A DNA stretch of 14,535 nucleotides. Source: a virus (lineage: Duplodnaviria > Heunggongvirae > Uroviricota > Caudoviricetes). Below the pieces are notes generated by a model. The model was not told the DNA's origin and searched no databases. It saw only the letters and a list, made by a program, of their open reading frames with translations. The translations under genes were made by a program, and so were the position numbers. The DNA lies in IMG/VR virus record IMGVR_UViG_2534681705_000018, positions 1 through 14,535 of that record. One strand, 5' to 3'. Below are positions 1 through 6,597 of this stretch, piece by piece. Position 1 is the stretch's first letter. The number at the start of each line of letters is the position of its first letter.

Positions 1-318
1 ATAAATCTCACTCTCGTTTTTTTTGATATCAAAATCATCTGTTTCAAAATCTTCCTCGTACTCAAAATGATCAGCCATTTTTAACTCCTCTGGATAAATT
101 AAATCACAAATTTTTGTATTATAAATAACCGCATAAGCCAAATTATTTGAGATTAATAAAACATCACCAACTTCAATATCAACAAGACTTCTGTAACATG
201 TTTTACTAAATCCAATTACAAAATGAATGGACCAATATAATGATTTTTTGTCTAACACTGGAGCGTTTCCGTATTGGCAGACTGTGACTTTATCTAACCA
301 AAGATTCAATTCCCCTGT
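1..318 (-). pseudogene. Open frame continuing in the same frame directly after the TGA that ends ORF 319..684, running off the window start. Either the 3' part of a nonsense-interrupted gene or a separate gene using the ATG at 78.
   Basis: Hand translation after the stop at 319-321 gives TGELNLWLDKVTVCQYGNAPVLDKKSLYWSIHFVIGFSKTCYRSLVDIEVGDVLLISNNLAYAVIYNTKICDLIYPEELKMADHFEYEEDFETDDFDIKKNESEIY. That is 106 sense codons with no stop in very AT-rich DNA. The only ATG is at 78, preceded by GAGGAG (85-90). Confidence 0.4.
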
Positions 319-684
319 TCATATTCTTATTAGTGGTTGAGCAGGGCTCAATACTCCATCAAATACTTTACCTACGTGCAAACGATTATATTTTAGTTCA
401 GGATGCTTTAGATTTAACGGGGAACTGGATAAACTGAGCCATTCCCCTATTAACCTTTCCGTTTCTGGCATTAAAGCCATCCCAGCGAGCTCAGATGAAA
501 TTAAGGGAAATATTTCTCCAAGCAATACCCATCCAGACCAGCTGCCACTCTCTTCTGCTATCGGTAACCATTTAGCACTAAATTCGGGCATTAATAATGC
601 AACATCTTCGCCATTTTCTTTCCAATTTTGAAAAGTGGTTTCAAACGTATGAGTGTTTCGATTTACTTTCCTCAGACCGAACAT
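319..684 (-). CDS. Hypothetical protein (121 aa), possibly the N-terminal part of a gene disrupted by an in-frame TGA.
   Basis: ORF track. ATG start. Low-GC flank outside the island. No family recognised. Confidence 0.45.
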   Translation of the reverse strand: MFGLRKVNRNTHTFETTFQNWKENGEDVALLMPEFSAKWLPIAEESGSWSGWVLLGEIFPLISSELAGMALMPETERLIGEWLSLSSSPLNLKHPELKYNRLHVGKVFDGVLSPAQPLIRI

Positions 685-815
685 TAACTTTCATCCTTCT
701 GATCGTTTTCGAATTTGCTTTCATTTTCTTGCTCCTCATAAGGCTGATGTCGTTGTCCTTGTCGTTCATCTTGCTCAGTCAATACCCAACGTTGTGCTGT
801 AACTCATTATGAAAA

Positions 816-2426
816 CTATTTAATTCCCTCATCATTGATAAGGTTGGACATCTCTTTCAACATGAGAGTCATTGAAGCTTTCGACCAATTTAGCGGAATG
901 ATAGGGCTTGGCGCTTCATGCAAAGTTCCCGACTTGTGGATATAGTTATAGCTTTCGGGAAGTGCCATTTCAGGTACACTCCTGCCATTTGCACCAATCA
1001 TATTCTCGCCTGTTATTTGGGCCAATGATCTATTCATAAATTGCACTGAGTCATTCAAATACTCTTCCTTTCTTGATTCTTTATAAACAATTGCTGCTGA
1101 TTTTGCATACCATGAGTCAAAAAACCATTCTGCTTCTGTTGATGGAATGAAGCTCTTTTCTCTTTTCGCATGTGAATTTTGATCGGTATCGGTTTTAATA
1201 TCATTGAACCAAAAATTTGCCGACTGATAATTATCCTTCTCGTATCTTTTTATACCATACGGACCTGCTAGTTTTTTAACTATTTTTAGAACCTGCTCTT
1301 TTCTTCTGGTGTTTATCTTTGCAAGATTTGCAGGATAAATAACATTAAGTAAAGCCGCATCGGCTTCTCTGTAATGTTTATCTTTTTCCAGATAACCTGG
1401 GGATTCTCCCCCTAAATCAAGCTGTAACGTTATTCTTTCATAACCTTTATCTATGAGGTGGTTCAACCTCGTTGTTGAAAGAGGTTCATCCAGTTCATTG
1501 GCTTTAGCTTCGCGTAGTAAATCAGAGACAAAAACAGAGTCTTTCTTCGAGAGTAAGTTCGACAAACGTTCCAGTCCAGAGGTCACCAGTGCAACGGAAG
1601 ATGTGTTTAATCGGGCATCTTCTTCCCATGCTCCGGAATCTTCCATAACATAGAAATTGGCTTTATCCAGATAAGCAATCAGCAGCGCAACCGATTTTAA
1701 TCGGTCACCTTTTTGCCAATCTTCAGCGTTAATTGTATCAGTGTCGATTGCTTGTATAAGGAGATCAAGATAAAGACCTAACGCATCATTTTGTTTATGG
1801 TTCCACAGCTGCGGCTTGCCTTCTTCCTGCACATCTGCCATCACGGGGGAGTTGCTGTCAAATCGGATATGCACAACATTCATTTGCCCGGGAACTCCAT
1901 CCAGTCGTTTGGGGTTGCTAATGACGTCCTGCATTCGCTTAATCTGGTCGGGCGTAGACATATAATCCCACAGGGTGAGCAGAACCTTTTTTGCGGCTAC
2001 ACTATTTCCCTGATCTGATACTAATGCCATATAGCCCCATAAACTATCCCTCAGCCAGACAGCATCATAGTGGGTTTCTGCCGCTGTTTTGTCATCTTCG
2101 AAAGTAGAAGCAAGAATAAACGTTCCCCAGGGTTTCTCCGTCAACGTTAACTTTCGTGTGTTTTCTGTTAATGTTAGCAATCCTTGAATTTCGTCTTTGG
2201 TATAGTGGCTCTTTATTTCATTTTGTAATTTGGCTGAGTGAATCAAAAGACGATAATTAGGATACTTATCTGGATTTAACGATAAATAACTTTTATCTGT
2301 TGCTGCCCCCGTGGAATTAAGAATGTTAAATACAGATTCACTCGTCACTTCTGCCCCTGTCGCCTGGCATGTGCCGCACGAAAATATACCAGCGAGCAGA
2401 AGAGTTAATGCAGATTTCCCTTTCAT
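816..2426 (-). CDS. Secreted glycoside hydrolase family 15 (glucoamylase-like) protein.
   Basis: The ORF as drawn (816..2468) starts at a GTG. An internal start, MKGKSALTLLLAGIFSCGTCQA|TG (ATG at 2426), gives a classic signal peptide. GH15-like motifs are present: YDAVWLRDSLWGY and the catalytic-type GAWEED. From memory, a GH15-like gene or pseudogene (ygeQ) lies next to glyU in the E. coli ETT2 remnant. The gene was not recognised from its sequence, so no symbol is assigned. Confidence 0.7.
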   Translation of the reverse strand: MKGKSALTLLLAGIFSCGTCQATGAEVTSESVFNILNSTGAATDKSYLSLNPDKYPNYRLLIHSAKLQNEIKSHYTKDEIQGLLTLTENTRKLTLTEKPWGTFILASTFEDDKTAAETHYDAVWLRDSLWGYMALVSDQGNSVAAKKVLLTLWDYMSTPDQIKRMQDVISNPKRLDGVPGQMNVVHIRFDSNSPVMADVQEEGKPQLWNHKQNDALGLYLDLLIQAIDTDTINAEDWQKGDRLKSVALLIAYLDKANFYVMEDSGAWEEDARLNTSSVALVTSGLERLSNLLSKKDSVFVSDLLREAKANELDEPLSTTRLNHLIDKGYERITLQLDLGGESPGYLEKDKHYREADAALLNVIYPANLAKINTRRKEQVLKIVKKLAGPYGIKRYEKDNYQSANFWFNDIKTDTDQNSHAKREKSFIPSTEAEWFFDSWYAKSAAIVYKESRKEEYLNDSVQFMNRSLAQITGENMIGANGRSVPEMALPESYNYIHKSGTLHEAPSPIIPLNWSKASMTLMLKEMSNLINDEGIK

Positions 2427-2659
2427 AAAATATTCCATCAATCGTTTGTTAAAAGCGTAGATAACCACTTATTTAACAACTTGAAAATAAGGTGTTTTAC
2501 CTGGGTTGTTACAAAAGGATTGCATTGCGTAAACGCTTTTTATTTACAACAAAATGGGGAAGTATTACGGCGATTGCGAAAAGTCTGAAGCGATTGAATT
2601 AAGATAATATAGAAAATCAGATACAGCAAAAATGGCAGATTGATCAGGTGAAGATAAAT

Positions 2660-2676
2660 TGGAGCGGCGAAGGGAA
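2660..2676 (-). repeat. Putative attR core: a degenerate copy of a tRNA-Gly(CCC) 3' end.
   Basis: The plus strand reads TGGAGCGGCGAAGGGAA. Its reverse complement, TTCCCTTCGCCGCTCCA, matches the glyU 3' end as I recall it (TTCCCTTCGCCCGCTCCA) except for one missing C. The orientation fits a minus-strand tRNA lying just beyond the integrase start. Confidence 0.55.
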
Positions 2677-2826
2677 CAACACAACAAGCCACAAGACCAG
2701 TAATAAAGGCGCATTCGCGAGTTCTAAAATAAATTCTATACACATTTCTATACACATTTATCACTCGCTTGGGGATTACACATCCCCTGTTAACCGTGAT
2801 CAAGCTGGTGGATGATCACGGATAAA

Positions 2827-2850
2827 CCGATATGGGAATCCCCATATCGG
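2827..2850. repeat. Perfect 10-bp inverted repeat with a 4-nt spacer.
   Basis: CCGATATGGG aatc CCCATATCGG. Confidence 0.7.
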
Positions 2851-2855
2851 CATCG

Positions 2856-2894
2856 CGTAGTTAATCGTAGTGGCTACCGTAGTAGCCTCCGTAG
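2856..2894 (+). repeat. Four phased CGTAG(T) direct repeats; candidate recombinase or RDF arm-type sites.
   Basis: CGTAG starts at 2856, 2866, 2878 and 2890 (spacing 10, 12 and 12 bp), 180-235 bp from the putative att core. Confidence 0.5.
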
Positions 2895-2932
2895 TTGAGT
2901 AGCAGGATGTAACCTGCCAGGAAGGAAATGAT

Positions 2933-2968
2933 CGTGACTCGCCGTGACATGGCGTGATTAATCGTGAC
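2933..2968 (+). repeat. Four CGTGA(C/T) direct repeats spaced exactly 10 bp apart; candidate arm-type or bending-protein sites.
   Basis: atCGTGACtcgcCGTGACatggCGTGATtaatCGTGACacc. Copies start at 2933, 2943, 2953 and 2963. Confidence 0.55.
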
Positions 2969-2970
2969 AC

Positions 2971-3006
2971 CAAACAAAAATCCTTACCCGTAGGCTTAAT
3001 GTAAGG
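2971..3006 (-). terminator. Possible weak intrinsic terminator closing the last island transcription unit.
   Basis: The minus strand reads CCTTAC-13 nt-GTAAGG followed by ATTTTTGTTTG. The stem is only 6 bp. An alternative 7-bp hairpin (GTAAGGC/GCCTTAC, 3001-3023) overlaps it. Confidence 0.3.
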
Positions 3007-3035
3007 CTTGGCTGTAGCCTTACCGAACGCGCCGC

Positions 3036-3215
3036 TCACCGTCGCGGCCTGTCCGGTTTCCGCCACTGATACGGCCTCACATCATCATGCTGGTGGCGCT
3101 CCTGTTGCAGCACAACGGAAACAGGCGCTGAACACCTGTTAATTTTGCTTGCTGGTTGTTTGATTCCGGCAATGCTGCGGATCATCTCCAGCAAATCGGC
3201 TTCGGTGATGGTCAT
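3036..3215 (-). CDS. Small hypothetical protein (59 aa), below the ORF-track cutoff.
   Basis: Hand translation gives MTITEADLLEMIRSIAGIKQPASKINRCSAPVSVVLQQERHQHDDVRPYQWRKPDRPRR. AAGGTG lies 6 nt upstream of the ATG at 3215. The possible terminator follows. Confidence 0.35.
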   Translation of the reverse strand: MTITEADLLEMIRSIAGIKQPASKINRCSAPVSVVLQQERHQHDDVRPYQWRKPDRPRR

Positions 3216-3222
3216 GATTTAC

Positions 3223-3510
3223 ACCTTAGGAAATCTTAGGGGGCTGGTTGACACTTTCCGGCTTAAGACCTTAATAAATCTTAATATCGTAGGTTGACAC
3301 ACTTGACACTTTTTCGGGAAAAACCTTAACAAAACTTAACCATCCCTGGCATTTCTAAGCATGGCAACTTGACACTTTTCGCTATTTTTTCGGCTTTTTG
3401 ACGTGGTAAATCTGGCGAAAGGCCAGTAATGGCGTGGCTTACAGCGAGGTTGACACTTTTTCGCGTTCAGAGTGTAAAGTGTCAACCTGGCAAGCTGCTC
3501 AACTTGACAC
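3223..3510 (+). repeat. Composite repeat array; putative packaging-recognition (cosB/pac-like) region.
   Basis: Six direct TTGACAC copies start at 3248, 3294, 3303, 3369, 3450 and 3504 (extended form TTGACACTTTTTCG). There is one inverted copy (GTGTCAACC, 3479-3487) and one degenerate copy (TTGACGT, 3397). These interleave with three 18-mers of form ACCTTAnnAAAnCTTAnn at 3223, 3268 and 3323. The array starts 10 nt after the stop of the TerS-like gene. Confidence 0.6.
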
Positions 3511-3519
3511 TTTTTGAGG

Positions 3520-4047
3520 TCATTGATGGCCTGATTTTTCCCACTCAGCCAGGGCGTTTAGTCCGGCTTCACTCCAGTTATCCAGCTCATCGGGACAATC
3601 ACCTGCAACATAGCAGAGCTCACAACGCAGCATACGAATTGCCAGCCTGGCATTTTCCCGAAAATCATACTGCTCAAAGTAATATTGCCCAGCATAATCC
3701 TCAAGGCAGATAGCACCATCATCAAGAAATTGCACTTCACAGCATAATTCCCCGGCTGCATCCTGCACACGCTGCTGTATGTCATCGTCCGTTACTGGTG
3801 CAGGGATTTTACCGTCTCTGGCCTTAACTGCTTTCCAGAACTCGCCCCACGTCATTTCCAGCGTTCTCTCTGGCCACATTTCAGAAACGGGGTTTTTTCC
3901 CTGTGCTGGTGGGCTGTTCCGCTGCTCTGTCGCTTCCACATCAATTTTTTTGCCAGACATGATCACTTCGCCTTTCTCGATCCAGTCGTAAACTGTCTGG
4001 CGGCTTACGCCTTTGTGTTTGGCATATTCTGCCTTGCTCATCAGCAT
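3520..4047 (-). CDS. HTH protein resembling a small terminase subunit N-terminus; candidate TerS-like or Rpp-like packaging redirection factor.
   Basis: The N-terminus MSKAEYAKHKGVSRQTVYDWIEKGEV is a Nu1/TerS-style HTH. GGTGAG lies about 7 nt upstream of the ATG. The gene is 6 nt downstream of the preceding gene and directly abuts the repeat array. Confidence 0.55.
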   Translation of the reverse strand: MLMSKAEYAKHKGVSRQTVYDWIEKGEVIMSGKKIDVEATEQRNSPPAQGKNPVSEMWPERTLEMTWGEFWKAVKARDGKIPAPVTDDDIQQRVQDAAGELCCEVQFLDDGAICLEDYAGQYYFEQYDFRENARLAIRMLRCELCYVAGDCPDELDNWSEAGLNALAEWEKSGHQ

Positions 4048-4053
4048 TATGAC

Positions 4054-4725
4054 TCACCCTTCTTTTTCCAGTTGAGCCAGCCGCCCGGATATTTCTTCCA
4101 GTTTTTCCAGGGCTGGCTTGCAGGCCGCATCAATAACATCCCGGACCATTCCGGCAAGCTGCTCTTCTGCTGTCGGCGTTGTTACTTCCACACCCGATGG
4201 TTTCCCTCCCTTATCCCATACACCCAGCGGTACGAGGGCAACGTGATCGATAAGAAATGGCGTACCCTCAATGACAAAATTGTCCTCGCCCATTACATCA
4301 GGAACTTCTGCCCCACCGGACGCACCACAAAACACAACCGACGGGCTGGTGGATACCTCCCCCCGGGCTTTCTGGATGTAATCGATGATTTCCTGCCCGT
4401 AAATCCGGCATACGCCCCACACCTCGTCATCGCGAATATACGGCAACATAACGGTGCCAATAATGCGCGACCGTTCGCCCACGTCTTCAATGGTTTTGCC
4501 TTCGGGATGGTCGATAATGACGGGTACTCCGGCGCAACGTTCCAGGAACTGCGGATTGAGATAAGTTTGCGGTGAACGCCAGACAAATTCTTTTTCTTCG
4601 GCGCGGTAGGCCATTCCGGTTCCTGTGATACGCAGGTTAACCAGCCACATGTTGGAGAACTGATAAGGCGACGGTAGCTGACCGTCCCGAATCTGCTTCG
4701 CCGCCTCAATTTCTGTTAAAAGCAT
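4054..4725 (-). CDS. Phage prohead protease/scaffold-like protein (DUF2213/XkdF-like pattern).
   Basis: GVPVIIDHPEGKTIEDVGERSRIIGTVMLPYIRDDEVWGVCRIYGQEIIDYIQKARGEVSTSPSV resembles the His...Gly...Ser core pattern of HK97-type prohead proteases. The C-terminus is coiled-coil-like (LEKLEEISGRLAQLEKEG). Assignment is by eye only. Confidence 0.45.
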   Translation of the reverse strand: MLLTEIEAAKQIRDGQLPSPYQFSNMWLVNLRITGTGMAYRAEEKEFVWRSPQTYLNPQFLERCAGVPVIIDHPEGKTIEDVGERSRIIGTVMLPYIRDDEVWGVCRIYGQEIIDYIQKARGEVSTSPSVVFCGASGGAEVPDVMGEDNFVIEGTPFLIDHVALVPLGVWDKGGKPSGVEVTTPTAEEQLAGMVRDVIDAACKPALEKLEEISGRLAQLEKEG

Positions 4726-4749
4726 AATGTTATCCGGTTATAAGCAATA

Positions 4750-4773
4750 AGCCCCGCCAAATCCGGCAGGGCT
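4750..4773 (-). other. Intergenic GC-rich hairpin between the two morphogenesis-like genes.
   Basis: The minus strand reads AGCCCTGCC ggattt GGCGGGGCT: a 9-bp stem with one U-G pair, followed only by a weak U-tract (TATTGCTT). It could be a partial terminator or an mRNA stabiliser. Confidence 0.35.
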
Positions 4774-4789
4774 GAACTCAGCACGTTTT

Positions 4790-5368
4790 TCATGCCCCCG
4801 CGAGGCTTGCAGTGTTAATTTTGACCAGGCGACGGGGAGGGATTTTGAAGGCGTTCAGCCAGACGTTCGGATCGCCCTGATATTCAGTAATACGACGACC
4901 AGCTTCATCCATTCTTACGGTTTTACCCAAATGGCCCGGCGTGTTTTCCACGGCCCACTGAGCACTTTCCTGAGCAGCCTTGTAAATCTGATCTTCCAGC
5001 ACCGCCAGCGTTGCAGAATCTGAAACGGAACGAATATCCACATCACTGAATTTTTTAGCCAGCTTCTGTGCGCCAATTAATGCACGCTTGCGGTAATCCA
5101 TCGACTTTTCACCAGCAAACGGGGCCGGAGCTCGACGGCCCATATTGCTGTATGCGGAATCCGCTTTAGCCTGGGCTTCTGCCAGTGAGGATTCATCTTC
5201 GACTGACGCGACGATGTTTTGATTAGCGTTATCCTCTTTTATGAAATCCTGTGCGGGGATCGCATTCAGAATTTCGATAATCTCCTGCGGAGTGCTGCCC
5301 TGCGACTCTGACAGAGCGTTAACCACCTCCATCAGTTTTAATCGCAAATCTTCTTTGCTTGCTGGCAT
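4790..5368 (-). CDS. Hypothetical structural or scaffold-like protein (192 aa).
   Basis: The ORF-track start at 5377 is a GTG that sits inside the SD GAGGTGG. The likelier start is the ATG at 5368 (MPASKEDLRL...). The N-terminal half is acidic and helical. No family recognised. Confidence 0.6.
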   Translation of the reverse strand: MPASKEDLRLKLMEVVNALSESQGSTPQEIIEILNAIPAQDFIKEDNANQNIVASVEDESSLAEAQAKADSAYSNMGRRAPAPFAGEKSMDYRKRALIGAQKLAKKFSDVDIRSVSDSATLAVLEDQIYKAAQESAQWAVENTPGHLGKTVRMDEAGRRITEYQGDPNVWLNAFKIPPRRLVKINTASLAGA

Positions 5369-5407
5369 TTTTACCACCTCTCTTTTTTCACCAAAAAATC
5401 ACGACCA

Positions 5408-5581
5408 TCAGGCCGGACGTTCTACGGGATAAAGCGCCCGCTGCATTAAACGCCGGGCGACCTCATGAATGCTCGGAGCAATCCCCAGCGGAGAATTGCG
5501 GCGTTCCTCGTCCTGGATGCGCTGTAATGCTTCAATCTGATCACGAGCGAGTAAAACGGGTTTCACGCTGGCTTTTCTCAT
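5408..5581 (-). CDS. Ribbon-helix-helix (Arc/CopG-like) DNA-binding protein.
   Basis: MRKASVKPVLLARDQIEALQRIQDEE...SIHEVARRLMQRAL fits a beta-alpha-alpha RHH pattern. AGGAG lies 8 nt upstream of the ATG at 5581. Alternative starts are at 5587 and 5605. It is the first gene after the double terminator. Confidence 0.5.
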   Translation of the reverse strand: MRKASVKPVLLARDQIEALQRIQDEERRNSPLGIAPSIHEVARRLMQRALYPVERPA

Positions 5582-5705
5582 AGTCATATCTCCTGAACAA
5601 AACAATGATTATGATTGCACAAACTGAAATGACGATCTACATCGTTGCAATTTATGAAACGATAACGCATGATGATCGCGTTCTTCCCATTGACTTCAAT
5701 CACCT

Positions 5706-5745
5706 GAAAAACAAAGCCCGCAACACTTCTGGCTGCGGGCTTTTT
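5706..5745. terminator. Bidirectional intrinsic terminator.
   Basis: Stem GCCCGCA (5716-5722) / TGCGGGC (5734-5740) with an 11-nt loop. The tail is TTTTT on the plus strand and TTTGTTTTT on the minus strand. Confidence 0.65.
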
Positions 5746-5751
5746 ACTGGC

Positions 5752-5777
5752 ACAAAAAAGCCGGGAAAAATCCCGGC
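5752..5777 (-). terminator. Intrinsic terminator 5 nt after the PerC-like gene.
   Basis: The minus strand reads GCCGGGA tttt TCCCGGC followed by TTTTTTG. Confidence 0.75.
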
Positions 5778-5782
5778 CTCCG

Positions 5783-6070
5783 TCACTGACTGCAATTTTT
5801 CGATCCAGGGTATTTCCTGAATGCCTTACCATTGGGCTGATGTAATCCCATCCCGGCATGTGCCCGGCTGATGGTTTCGCGCATCTCCCCGAAATTATCC
5901 TGCCGTGCTGGTGGGCGTGCTGCCTTGCGGATACATTCCGCGCGACGTTTTGCCGCCTGTTCCCGTGCCTTGTCATCATTCGCCAGCATGATGACCTCAG
6001 CCCACCGCGCCGCCGCTCTCCGGTACAGACCACGCGCTTCCAGTGCTTCCGCTTTGCTGTCGTGAATCAT
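5783..6070 (-). CDS. PerC-family transcriptional regulator-like protein.
   Basis: AEALEARGLYRRAAARWAEVIMLANDDKAREQAAKRRAECIRKA matches the PerC/Pch core (LE..G.YRRAA.RW...RR..C). The start overlaps the upstream stop (ATGA). Confidence 0.7.
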   Translation of the reverse strand: MIHDSKAEALEARGLYRRAAARWAEVIMLANDDKAREQAAKRRAECIRKAARPPARQDNFGEMRETISRAHAGMGLHQPNGKAFRKYPGSKNCSQ

Positions 6071-6597
6071 GCGCCTGTTTTCTCCCTGGCTGCCCGGCGC
6101 TGACGTTTGCGCTTCTCATTCAGCGCTACCAGCCGCGTTTCTGCGTCCTGTTGTTCCTGTGGTGTCACCTCGCCGCACGGCTGGCCTTTCAGGTCGTAGC
6201 GTACCCCACCAGCCATTAAGGCGCGGTAATAGCGCGGACACTGCGCATAAGATGCCAGCGTCGCACGTAATGCCCCTGGCCCGAATGCCAGCCCCCTGAC
6301 GGCGAGATCCTGCATCAGGTCGTCGAATATCCCCACCTTAAGCGGCTTCGGTGCTTCCCGGCTGAATAATTCAGGCCACAACTCAGTGAGGCGGTTAACG
6401 CGCCTGCGGTTTTTGCGCTGGCGCTTGGTCATATGCCGCCACGGTGTCGCCCCTGTGGGCTTCTGCTGCGCTTTCTGGTTACCGGGCATCACTTTATGCG
6501 CCGACGTGGTTTTATCCTGCTCCTGTGCCGCCTGCGTCGTTTTCTGCGGCGTGCCATAAATGCCTTTCGGTTTTCTGTTAATGGTCAGCTTAGTCAT
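6067..6597 (-). CDS. FinO/ProQ-domain RNA-binding protein with a basic, Q/K-rich N-terminal extension.
   Basis: LTELWPELFSREAPKPLKVGIFDDLMQDL...LRATLASYAQCPRYYRALMAGGVRYDLKGQPCGEVTPQE parallels the ProQ N-terminal (FinO) domain (FP.CF....PLKIGIFQDL...LR.AL..Y....YL......R.DL.G.PCGE). The start is chosen at 6597 because of the ATGACTAA overlap; an alternative ATG is at 6609. Confidence 0.8.
   Translation of the reverse strand: MTKLTINRKPKGIYGTPQKTTQAAQEQDKTTSAHKVMPGNQKAQQKPTGATPWRHMTKRQRKNRRRVNRLTELWPELFSREAPKPLKVGIFDDLMQDLAVRGLAFGPGALRATLASYAQCPRYYRALMAGGVRYDLKGQPCGEVTPQEQQDAETRLVALNEKRKRQRRAAREKTGA

Noticed and set aside
79-200. VGDVLLISNNLAYAVIYN, resembling the SPOA domain of type III secretion sorting-platform proteins (SpaO/YscQ).
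   Set aside because: The match is a short motif only. No neighbouring T3SS genes are visible in the window, so it is not supportable.
2540-3066. ORF-track ORFs 2540..2803 and 2800..3066 (minus strand).
   Set aside because: They span the putative attR core, the hairpin and the phased repeat arrays. They have no SD and an implausible composition. They are treated as non-coding att-arm DNA.
3376-3387. TTTTCGCTATTT, identical to a 12-mer just right of lambda cosN as I recall it.
   Set aside because: The adjacent cosN sequence is absent and the match overlaps the array's own TTTTCGC motif. It cannot be evaluated without an alignment and is not claimed as a cos site.
3223-3510. The TTGACAC array (and the ACTGTTCACC tandem at 7261-7290) as a CRISPR array.
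   Set aside because: The repeats are only 7-14 bp, the spacing is irregular, and there are no unique spacers of uniform length or nearby cas genes.
3248-3510. TTGACA copies as a battery of -35 promoter elements.
   Set aside because: No acceptable -10 hexamer lies 16-18 bp downstream of any copy I checked. Plus-strand transcription would also run antisense into the TerS-like gene.
4015-4709. ORFs 4015..4575 (+) and 4293..4709 (-) overlapping the protease-like gene. The same applies to 3429..3713, 3558..3785, 3779..3991, 5584..6033, 5605..5820, 5858..6103, 5871..6065, 6069..6299 and 6646..6987.
   Set aside because: These are shadow ORFs inside better-supported genes or across terminators. Their composition is Arg/Cys/Ser-rich or otherwise odd, and no SD is present.
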